64,000 bases of DNA, from NCBI GenBank assembly GCA_905178155.1, contig CAJINV010000001.1, forward strand, positions 11,030,311-11,094,310. Reading direction: 5' to 3'. The notes under the pieces are model-generated. The model was not told the origin of the DNA and did no database searches. It was given only the letters and a program-made list of their open reading frames with translations. Source of the stretch: Amoebophrya sp. A120. Its lineage: Eukaryota > Protista > Dinoflagellata. Made by a program: the position numbers and the translations under genes. Positions 50,076 through 59,987 of the stretch are shown here, piece by piece (position 1 is the first letter of the stretch; every line of letters starts with the position of its first letter).

Positions 50076-51289
50076 GAAAGCAATCGCACGCACCGGTACG
50101 AAGCCGCTTAATTGCTTAGAGGACGTCTTCGTCTCTTTTTGCAGACAAGAACCCTTCGTCGCGCGGTTATTGGTTGCTGCTTGGCTTGCTGTGTCGTACG
50201 TACTACCTGTTGTGGTTCATTCTGAAGCTTTTCAAGTACTATTTTCCATAGCGCAGGAGCCGCAGCAGCCAGAAGGTATCGCTGTCTTTCTCTTGGTCTT
50301 GCTGGACTAACTTTAAGAGACGCGCCCCCTCGCAATTCGAAGTAGCTTTTTACCTACAACCTTTCGAGTTTATTTTGTTCTCGATGCATAGAAAGACGAA
50401 GACAATTAGGTTTGTAGGCGTGTTTCGGTTTTGTAGAGGTTGCAAGTGCAATTGCGCATGAAGTTCTTGCAACTGTACTACCTGAAGTTCTTTGCTATGC
50501 CTTGCCGTGCACGCGGAGCGGTAAATAGACCCCAAGAAGTGTATATTTTTTCAAACAAAGTAGACTGCACGTGCTGCTCATGTTCGCGCGACGGGCGTGG
50601 GAGATCGTGCGACTGACGAAAAAGCTCCATACTCGAGCTTTTCAGACTGACGACAAAGAAAGTGGTCGTCTACGACAGTGAAAAACGAAATAGATAGAGG
50701 GAGCATATTTTCTTGTCCCGTGTGGTGCCAGCAAATCATCAAAAATTGTGTTTTATGCGGTACCTCCAGGACAAACTGAAACTGCATGTGCAAGTTGAGC
50801 GAGGATGCACGAGCATGTCTATCGATGAAACAAGAGGCGCACGATGAAGCTATCGGTTTTTTGTTGACTCTGCATAAGCCAATTTCCTTCACCTTTCTAC
50901 TCAGCGAAAAGCTTGACAGGAGAGAAAATAAACCAACGAGTGCAGCTAGCGAGAACTTAGCTTTAGCTTCTGCCTCTGTGAACAATGTATGAAAGAATTA
51001 GTTGAAGATGAGGGCTCTCCAGCTACCCCCCCGGACCCATGATTGGCGGAACCTTCTACAATCCCCCCTGGCAAGTTTATCACTTAGAAGAACTAACGCA
51101 CGAAAAAAGGCTGTGACCCAGTAATTATGTTTTAACTTCAGCGTAATCGGAATCGGAAACATAAACTTAAAGAGCAGAAAAATTGCATTCTGACCGAGCC
51201 TTTCGTTATAATTCTGGTGCTCGAGAACAAGGTCCTGCTCCTGTGCTGTACACAGCCTGATCAAAGCCGCTACGACGTCGGTAGAGACG

Positions 51290-51801
51290 ATGTCTTCCAC
51301 GGAGACCGCCAACAAGCTAAAAATCGCGCTGCTCAAGCACCCCTACAGAAAGTACATGCAATGGCAGCTCTCTCGCGTAGCACCAGAGCTGGTCATGGTA
51401 CAAGTCAACAACGACGTGAAGAAGGTACTGCCAGGAAAAATTTCTTCGAACATTGAAAGTCGTGGTCGTATTTGGGTATTCAGGTCAGATCATCATGTAT
51501 GATCCTTTGTTTACTTTTCCATAAAAGCAAAACGTAAATGAAGAGGATTGGCACAATTCCACAACCGCAGGTACATTCCCAGCAGACACTGCTGACGTCG
51601 TGCCACAAGGATTTTAAGAAGAAAGTGCCCTTCAATTGCCGAGCCGGGATATGTGGGGCCTGCGAAGCGAACGTGGCCTACGGGCCGAGGGACCGTTTCC
51701 AAGTGCAGAGACTGTGCTGGACTCCGGTAAAGGAGGGGGCTCGCGTGCTTACACTAGACCAGGCCATGATGAACTTTCGCCAGGGCACTGCAGACGAATA
51801 G
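51290..51801 (+). CDS. Small stand-alone 2Fe-2S ferredoxin-type (Fer2/Fer2_4-like) protein, 121 aa; exons 51290-51424, 51571-51801
   Basis: VMVQVNNDVKK|VHSQQTLLTSC..VPFNCRAGICGACEANV...RLCWTPVKEGARVLT gives a C-x4-C-x2-C-x17-C cluster motif. GT-AG intron 51425-51570. Confidence 0.8.
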
Positions 51802-53091
51802 CAAACGGCGAACAGGACCGTCGTTAGTTTGTTTTTGCTCGGGTCCAGCTCCAGCTCGTGAAGGTCCCTGATTGCTATGGGAATAAATATTACGTGCCAC
51901 TTTGTCGACATCAAGTGTACCGCGGGAGTTCTTCTTGCACTCACACGGGTGCTGCAGAATTATGATGAAATCGCAACCTGTCTATTTTCCGCAAGAACTT
52001 CTACCTCACGGGTTCCGGGGTTGTCAAAGGCAATGACAGCAGTTGCGGCCGCTGTTTGACAAGAACAGACACGTACAGGAGCTCATGTTCTCACCTCTTC
52101 CTTCGCCGGCTACTTTGTAAAGATTTTATTACTCGAACTAGTGGCAGTGCCGAGAACAAAATACGAGAACTCGAAAGCCCCGAATGCAGAAAGCACAGCA
52201 CTACAAGGTTGGACGCGCAGTAACCCTGTCCTTTTTCCCTGGTCATCGCACCATCTTGCCGCGCATGGTGTCCTCAGCAGGGTATTTACTTAAACTCTAA
52301 CGTAAGAAAGTGATTTTTTGTGGTGCGTTTCGTATTCGTTTCAAACAGAAGAAAAATATGTACCAGTCCTCGCGGTGACAGGGAAACAATACTCGCTTGA
52401 AAAATGATGTACAAAATGCCGTTCTACTCACCGCTTGCGTTGGCCACAAATTGCGAGAAGCATGATATTCGTCATGGATTCAAAAGGCCTCATACTCATA
52501 TCAGAGACGACAATGAGAGCGACTTTTATATAATTTTAAAGCGTGTTCGCGTTCGGCTTTCGTCGTGCTTACCCTTACCCTAAACAAAGTGGAGAAGCAA
52601 ATCCGCAAATACTACATCGCTCTTGTTCCAGAGATGCGACAGAGTTTTCGTGAGGAGCAAAAAAAGAGCAAAGCTAATGCGAGGATGAGTAGCGGCGGTG
52701 GAGGGTTCTGAGTCACAGTGCCGCGCCCCGTCGTTTTGTTTTCATTTTTACTTATTTTCTTTATCTTTTCGAGAAATCGGCAGCGACAGAGAGTGAGAAG
52801 CGCTATTTGTAGAAAAGATGATAGTTCTCGCCGCGTCATGGTCTTGCGTGTGTTTTTTTTGTCGTCGGGACATTTCTGATCCTTGTGCGTGATGGAGAAA
52901 TTGCTCATTTCTTCTTGAAGTACAGCTATTGCTATAGAACTGCGCTTTACAAGAAGCGCTCTGTGCTTTTTTCTAGCGTCCGTGCTTAAGAAGAGCTCCT
53001 TTTTGAAGTTCTATATTTCTCAAATAAGTCGTGCCACTGATCACGTACATTCTGAGTTAGATTTCCTTTGATTTGCGAAAGGAAAGCCAAA

Positions 53092-56000
53092 ATGCCGCCG
53101 CTGGTTGTGAAGAAACAGAAGGAAACCTTGAATCGGGCAGAAACAGAGGTGCTCGAACAGGAATCCGCCCATATGGTAGCGCACATTCTGACTTTTGATA
53201 TGTAGTGAGGTCACCGAACGGTTCTAACCGGGGAGTTTTTTTGCCACCTACCGTGAAAAACGACCGGCAGTTTTCAAGCGGCCGGAAGGCTTTTTTGACA
53301 TAAAAAATTTCCAATTATCAAGCGGCCGGTGCTTTGTTGTCAAAAAAGCCCGAGCCAATTCTATCGATTCGCGCTTGATAAAACGACGGAGGGGAGCCGG
53401 CAAAAGGAGCGCCCTTCTGAGGCGCCCACCGCCTTGGTTTCTGGCGATTTGGGGCGCCCAAAAAGGGGCGCGCAAAAAACGCGCCCAAAATCAGAACAGC
53501 GAAACAGCATGGCACGGCCCCGATTTCGGAGCATTTTGGGCGGCCGCGAAAGTGGCCGCCTTTTCGCCGGTTTCAGAGCCTGGGAAGCTTTGCAAAAAGC
53601 GCCGGCGTGAAAAATAAAAACGCGAAAAAGAAAAAGCGCCCCAGACGCGCGAAGCCAATCCGCATGCTATGGGCCCGATTTTTCTTCGCTTTTTGGGCGC
53701 CCCCCGTGGCACCCGGATCGGCGCCATAGCATGGGGGCTGGGCTTCGGAAAAGAATTTCGGAGATTTGCCAAAATTTGCAACGTTTCTCGAGCGGCCGCC
53801 ATGCCGTGCGGCATAACGCTACTCACGGCGGTATGGCGAGCCCAGAAAAAGCAAAGCCGCGGCCAAGGCGGCGGCCGGCAAGAAAACGCCCACGGCCTCA
53901 CTACCTCCGCCCCGGCGGCTATATTTGGTACTAAAGAAGACCGTTTACGAATGCGATTGTTTCTTTCTTTACCACAACAGGACAAGCGATGACTCGATCA
54001 ATCGGTTCATCTCGTCGGGAACATATGAAGAAAAATTGTACCTACAATCATGGCTCTGGCTCTGCACCTGCAGAGGTAGCGTGGCGATGCTGATTTTTTT
54101 CTCATTTTGGTTTTGATGAATGACAGAAAAAATACAGGAGAAGAAACTGGCGCTGCTTCGAGATATGATTCAACTGGAGGAAGAGCAGCACGCACAGAAA
54201 AAAGACAAGAACGCGGGCACCAACTGGAAATCGGCATCGGTCGCACGACCGCTGCGCCGCGGATACATCGACGAAGTGTCTGCAGCCAGAAAGAAAGGAA
54301 TCTCAACCAGATCTGGAACGGGCAAGGCTTCCGCGCTTTCTTCGGGGTCTAGTGCTGGTACGCTAACGCCTCTTCCCTTGTAGAGCATCACCAGGACGAG
54401 CAGAAAACAAAAATCATTGTTCCGTTTCTACCTTAATATCGTGATGACGCTTTTGTTTTGGTGCAACTGACTTTGAGAATGATTGGTCGATCATTAATCG
54501 TCATCAAATGATTATGAAAAGGCTTTGCAGGTACATCCTCCTCCTCGTCATCGGGTGGGGCAGCGGCCGGAAATAACAACAAGGATGTCGGTAAGCCCGA
54601 CGCAAACGCGATGAACCCCATTCAGAGTCTGGTGGCCGAGTTGTACACGTCACAAACGACCACCACGAAGCAACACTTCTCACCGCGGCGCCCGCAGGGG
54701 AGCGCCGGGAGCAACCCGGATGTTGGGAGGAAGAGCCAACCGGGCGCGGGAAAAGGTTCAGAGGGACCACCGCCTGATGACTTCGCGCAGCAATCTGGCT
54801 CGTCGGCTACCGCGCTTGCGTCAGCAAACAACCTCGCGTCGACCAACTTGACTGCAGCGCTCCAGAAGCAGAAGGCCGAACAGAAAGAAGTACAGTCGTT
54901 GTTGCAAGAACTCGGGCTCCAGAAGTACAGCGACAAGTTCGAGGAGGAGGGTTTCGACTCCAAGGACGTTGTGCTCGAGATGGAGGAAGAGCACATGCAG
55001 CAACTGGGCATGGCGATGGGGCACCGGATAAAGCTGCGCAAGTGGATTGCCGTGCAGCGGGGCGAGGTGACAAGCCCCGCGATGGCGAGCAAAAGCAAAA
55101 ACAAAGTGGTGCTGAATGCCGGGCCGCCGGAGGTGCACGTTATTGTACGGGAGGGCGATGTGCGGGGGAGCAGCAGTTCTACACATGATCCAAGCATCAA
55201 TCCCGCTATGGGATTCTCAATCGTTACATTTTCAAGCGTTACATGAACTTGTGGTTGTGACGCAAGAATAGCAACAGTGAAAGGGGGAACCTGCACCTTT
55301 CGCCTTAGAAATCTAGTAGCGCAGATCGCCATGCTGTTTGGCTCTTCGATAGTTCGTCATGCGAAGTACCTAGCTCGAGCGTCGCGTGTCTATGCGGGAC
55401 ACGCACAAACCACACAGCGACAACAGCTGAGAGTGTAACGCTTGAGTATCCCATACCGTCGTCGAAAAACGCGAATAATCAGGCCGGGGCCGGCAGCGGC
55501 ATTCTGAAGAAGTCGCTTCCGGCGCGGCTTCGGGAGGAGGTCGAGCGCAACAAGGGAACCACGCTCGTGGGGCAGCAGGTGGGAGGTTCGCTGCTGGACG
55601 GCGAGTATGACGAGGCGGCGCAGGCCGCCAGTTTTCGCGACGCCGTTATGGCCTGGCGCAAGCAGGGAACGGAAGATGGTGCGGCCAAACCCGCGGAAGC
55701 TGGAGAAAGTACAAGGAGCGTAGTGGCAAAAGCACAAAATTATAGCACCAGCTCTGCGGCGACGACCACAACGAAGCAAGAAGATGACATCCTCTTCACG
55801 AACGTCGAAGCAGCTACGGAGCTCGGGAAAAAGGCAGGTGACGCGGAGACCACCAAGGGGCTGGCGTCTTTTGGCAGTGCCACGTTGCAGTTTCCAGTCG
55901 GGGCCAGCGCGCTGTTGACGGGGATTAACGCCGCAGCGAGCAGTAGTTCCTCGGCTGCAACGACCGCCTCGGCCGGCACGGGGACGGAAGGGTCGGCACA

Positions 56001-56997
56001 AACGGAACCGCAGCAAGACCCCTTGAAACCAGAAGAAGGAACCGGTGTGCGGAAGTGCTGTTACAGCTGCTACAAACAGTTCTATGACGGACAGGGGCGC
56101 GCGATTTCTGAGGGAAAGGATGTCTGCAGTACTGGAACATTTTCTTTCCTACTACTTTCTTTGACTAGAAGTTTATAGACTCTAAGATAGAATTGGTTTC
56201 AATTTTGTCTTCGTGCTTCTGTGGGGAGATCTTAGAAAGCCGACGGACCGAGTTGTTACTACTAACTTCTATTGCAACGAACATACATCATAGGTGCAGA
56301 ATGTGAAGCCCTTGAGCGCCAGAAAGAGGCTCGGCGAAAAGAGATCGCGGAAAGGAGGCGGAAGCAAATGGAGGACATCGCTGCCCAGCAGGACGCCCGC
56401 GAGGCAGAAAAGCAGCGCTTGCTGAATGCGTCGAGGCCGACATCCGCTGTCGTAGCGTCCGCAGAACAGATAAGCGCTGTCCCAAGTACACACCAACCTA
56501 AAGAACCTAACGACAGCACTCCGGGCGATTTGTCGAAGAATGATTCTCTTCGAAGTCGGCTAGTACCCGGTCACATGGGGAGTATTTCCGAAACCTCAGG
56601 CGAAAAGTCGCAGCATGCGGCGACGACGGATTCTGCGTCTCTACAACCGGCCCCTACAGCCGATTCCTCTTCTACAGCAGCAGAAGTGGTGCCAGCGGAG
56701 GTCATGCTTAGTAACGTGGCGGGGTCTAGCTCTAGTACAAGCGATGCCGATGCCCAAGAAGACCAAGGTATTGAGATTCAGCAGGACCAGCCTGCCCCTG
56801 TTCCACCTAGTTCTGAAAACGCTGGTTTGCCCACAACTTCCGACGCGGAGATTTACACCGGTTTGGATCCGGTCAATATTCTGAACCAGAACTTGGTCAT
56901 ACCCACCTCAGACGAGGAGGAGCACGCGGTGCCGGGGTTCGGGTTTGAGTCCTTGCAAGCGGGTCTCGACGCGGCTTCGATGCTGTATGACAAATGA
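53092..56997 (+). CDS. ZBBX-like protein with SAM domain and C-x2-C...C-x3-C zinc finger; exons 53092-53175, 54138-54357, 54531-55132, 55483-56128, 56294-56997
   Basis: Four phase-compatible GT-AG introns. LEQESAHM|EKKLALLRD...NWKSA and LLDGEYDEAAQAASFRDAVMAWRK resemble conserved ZBBX segments. SAM domain EVQSLLQELGLQKYSDKFEEEGFDS...LGMAMGHRIKLRKWI. Zinc finger CYSC...VC|SAEC. Confidence 0.72.
53177..53930. mobile_element. Degenerate foldback/inverted-repeat-rich non-coding element inside intron 1 of the ZBBX-like gene
   Basis: Nested inverted repeats: GTAGTGAGG 53202-10 / 53896-904; GGGGCGCCCAAAAAG 53451-65 / 53689-703; GGCTTTTTTGACA 53288-300 / 53338-50. Direct repeat TCAAGCGGCCGG occurs twice. 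Shares 12-mers with the loop of element 4. Confidence 0.55.
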
Positions 56998-57899
56998 ACG
57001 AACTGCAACTGCCTCGAACGAGATGAAACAGGTGGTGCGAGTCTCTCTACCTCCCCGTAACGTCCTAAAAAATGGAGCGCAATTTTTATTGTGCGGCAGT
57101 CACCAGGAGGTCCAGGTCCAGGACGAGCAGTTTGAGAAACCGCAGCAAGTGTTGCAGGAGTGCCACCGGCAGCAGGGAAGAAGCTTGCTACTCTCTTAAG
57201 AAGCAAACGCGATTTTTTGAAAATTTTGTCTGAATGTCTTTTCTTGCTTTTGTCCAGGTCAGTGTAGTGTACTATGCGCTCGCTCGTCCCACCTTGCCTT
57301 GCTGGGGCTGCAACTACTTGACGCGATGCAAAGAAGAAGTAAAAGTCGCGTATTTCTTGAAATAGGAACCGAAACAAATTTCCCAATGCCAGTTATCGAC
57401 GGCTGACAGTATTTTATGTCATACTTCTGCATTGGATTGCCCTCCCCCTCGGGGTTCTTGTGAAAAGGGAAAGCAGGACAGCTCTCTCTGACTGAAAAGT
57501 ATCTTTTCGTAAAGACGCAAGAGACGCGGCTGCATCGTTTTCGTTTGATGTCGTCTTTGTTGCCGCACTACTCGAAAATGGAGTCGTCACTTCGTTTGAA
57601 AATGCGAGCGACAATTCTTGAACGAGATGATCGAGTGCAGAACGACATCCCTGAGCCAAGAAGCATCATGATTCGAGAAAACGTAGGAGCTGACAATCAA
57701 AACAGGCAAAAACTATTTGTCAAATGTAGAAGCACGCAAGTTTCCGTTTGGACGAACGCACACGGGGGTGACGTGCGAAAGAAAAGAAAAAGCCATCATG
57801 CGAAATTCAGACACAGTCACAGACAATACAGTACTAGTACGAAAAATGAGTTCTAATGAGCTTCGTCCTGTTTTTCATTCTTAGGGGAGACCACGTTTG

Positions 57900-59135
57900 A
57901 TGCGCGCGGCAAAGATGGTGGGGTCCGCCTCCGGCTTGCTTCCTTCGATCGGGTCCCTGTCGCGGTGGACGCTCATTGTTCTGTTTGGGGATAGCACAAA
58001 AGACGGATTTTTACTCCTCGTTCGAAGCGAAACTGCGCGAGATGAGGGGGCACCGACATTGAATTTGAACAAGCTGAACCTCGGCGGCGAAGAAGAACAT
58101 TTGATGGAGATTCTTGACGATGCCACTGCGCAAGAAGATGCCGAAGACGTCGTAAGCGATTCGGGCACGACCCCTGCAACTGGTCCCGAACGACCGGCAA
58201 CACGAGCACGTTTACCTTTATCCAGTCTGATGCAGCGCGAACGAACACCAGAACCCCACGTGGAAATGCGACCACGGTCGTTCTCGCCGCAAGAAGAACA
58301 GCAGGTGCAGAAAAATGGCGACGGCCAGGACGAAGCTCCTGGCGACAGGGCAGTGGTACGAGAACGAGAACTCCCGCAGTCCTTTGTAGACACGCACGCT
58401 CCCGGTCCCGGCGGACGAAGCAAGAGGACCACGACCGACACTAGAAAACACAAGCACCATAACAAGCGAAAAAGCCTTACCGAGCAGACCCATCTTGCAG
58501 GAGCAGTCCGAAAGAACCAGAACGCAACCGCGTTGCACTTTCCGCCACGCTGCTTTCTGCCGTTTGCCTGGAATGCGTGCCCAATCGGGCACGTGGACTA
58601 CCCCTCCGCGGATCCGGCTGCGGACATGGGAGTGGTGGTTGTCCCGGACCCGGCGCCGACGGACACCCGCAAGCCTTGGATTCTTCAGGAGCAGGAAGCG
58701 TTTACCTATCACGAAAATACCCGGTTCAATGGCGTGATGGCGGGCAGCGCGCTTCTCCTCCTGATCACTGTCCTCATTGGCGCCTCCGCAGCAGGCATGA
58801 AGGATGTCTGCAAGTTGCCCCGGGTGCGTCTGGCGCGTAAGGCCGTGATGGAACGGCTGTCGCTCCTGTTCCGGCTGTGCAGCGGAGGCCACAGCCACTT
58901 TACAGCCGCGCGACCAGGACTTTCTCTGCAAAAGCGCGAAGACGGGAAGTTCCTTCTCACATCAATGCTGAAGAAGTACCTCCCGGACAAAAACGGAATC
59001 ATCCAGGCCGACAAGAAAAAGGCGGCTGATCGAGCGGCTCCGCAAGATCCTGGGCTAAGGAGAAGCAGCAGCCCTGGTGCGCCTGGACCGCCAGAAGCAC
59101 ACGCAAACGCCAGGGGACCACTGGCCGCTTCGTAG
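57900..59135 (+). CDS. Hypothetical single-pass membrane protein
   Basis: ~410-aa ORF with hydrophobic segment GVMAGSALLLLITVLIGASAAG and a possible N-terminal hydrophobic segment. Start codon uncertain. Confidence 0.55.
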   Translation: MRAAKMVGSASGLLPSIGSLSRWTLIVLFGDSTKDGFLLLVRSETARDEGAPTLNLNKLNLGGEEEHLMEILDDATAQEDAEDVVSDSGTTPATGPERPATRARLPLSSLMQRERTPEPHVEMRPRSFSPQEEQQVQKNGDGQDEAPGDRAVVRERELPQSFVDTHAPGPGGRSKRTTTDTRKHKHHNKRKSLTEQTHLAGAVRKNQNATALHFPPRCFLPFAWNACPIGHVDYPSADPAADMGVVVVPDPAPTDTRKPWILQEQEAFTYHENTRFNGVMAGSALLLLITVLIGASAAGMKDVCKLPRVRLARKAVMERLSLLFRLCSGGHSHFTAARPGLSLQKREDGKFLLTSMLKKYLPDKNGIIQADKKKAADRAAPQDPGLRRSSSPGAPGPPEAHANARGPLAAS

Positions 59136-59987
59136 CCTGCAGTATTCGTCAGCAATTGCTGAACTGCAGCGTCAAGGTGGAACAGGCAGGACTTTCTTCT
59201 GTAGCTGCAGAGTTGTAGACAGCTGCGGCTAGCTGATGAGAGATTAGGAGCACTTCTTCATCTTTGCAGAAAGGTCGGTTGCTGTTGCAGCTTGTCTTTC
59301 CGGCAAAAGAATCAGAAAAATGTGAGGGGTATACTACCACGAACACGATTCTGTGAGCCCATCTGATGCACCAAGAGAACAGATGTTGCGAAAAATACCT
59401 GCTGCAATCCTTATTTCCAATCTAAGCAACGATACGAAGGAATTGACTTTACAGTAGTTGGACGATCATAACTAAGTTATGGACAAGTATACTTGTCGAT
59501 TGTTTTCAACAAGGAATTTGCACAGAAACACATTGCGACTTAATCGTTTGCAGCGCGTGATAATAGCAGAAGCCACAAGGTCAAGGACAGGTAGAAAAAG
59601 AAGAGATGGATCTCAGTGGCTGCTAGAGTTAGAGAAAGGCCTTTTGGTTTTGTGGCTCTCGCTTCTTTTGGACGTTTGCTATTCTGCCGTTGAGCTTGTT
59701 GGATCAACTCCTTTTTCCGAGGCTTTTGTGGGATCACTACAACAATTCTGTGCTTATGATAATGTGAAAGTTCAGTCGTACTCATTCTTTGCGAAAGTAT
59801 GTGTATGGCTCCGCTCCCAGTCCCATTTTGTCATGATTTCTAGAGCGGTATATTGAATTCTTGTCTAATATAATATGTCTTGTCGTAGTACAACTTGCGC
59901 TGAGAACAAAAGAAACGACAAAACAAAAACGCACCAGCACGGAATGTTTACCCACCATAGAATAGATACACCTGTTACTGTTTGAGA

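Noticed and set aside
52568-52585. Telomere-like TACCCTTACCCTAAA
   Set aside because: Only about two degenerate units; not an array.
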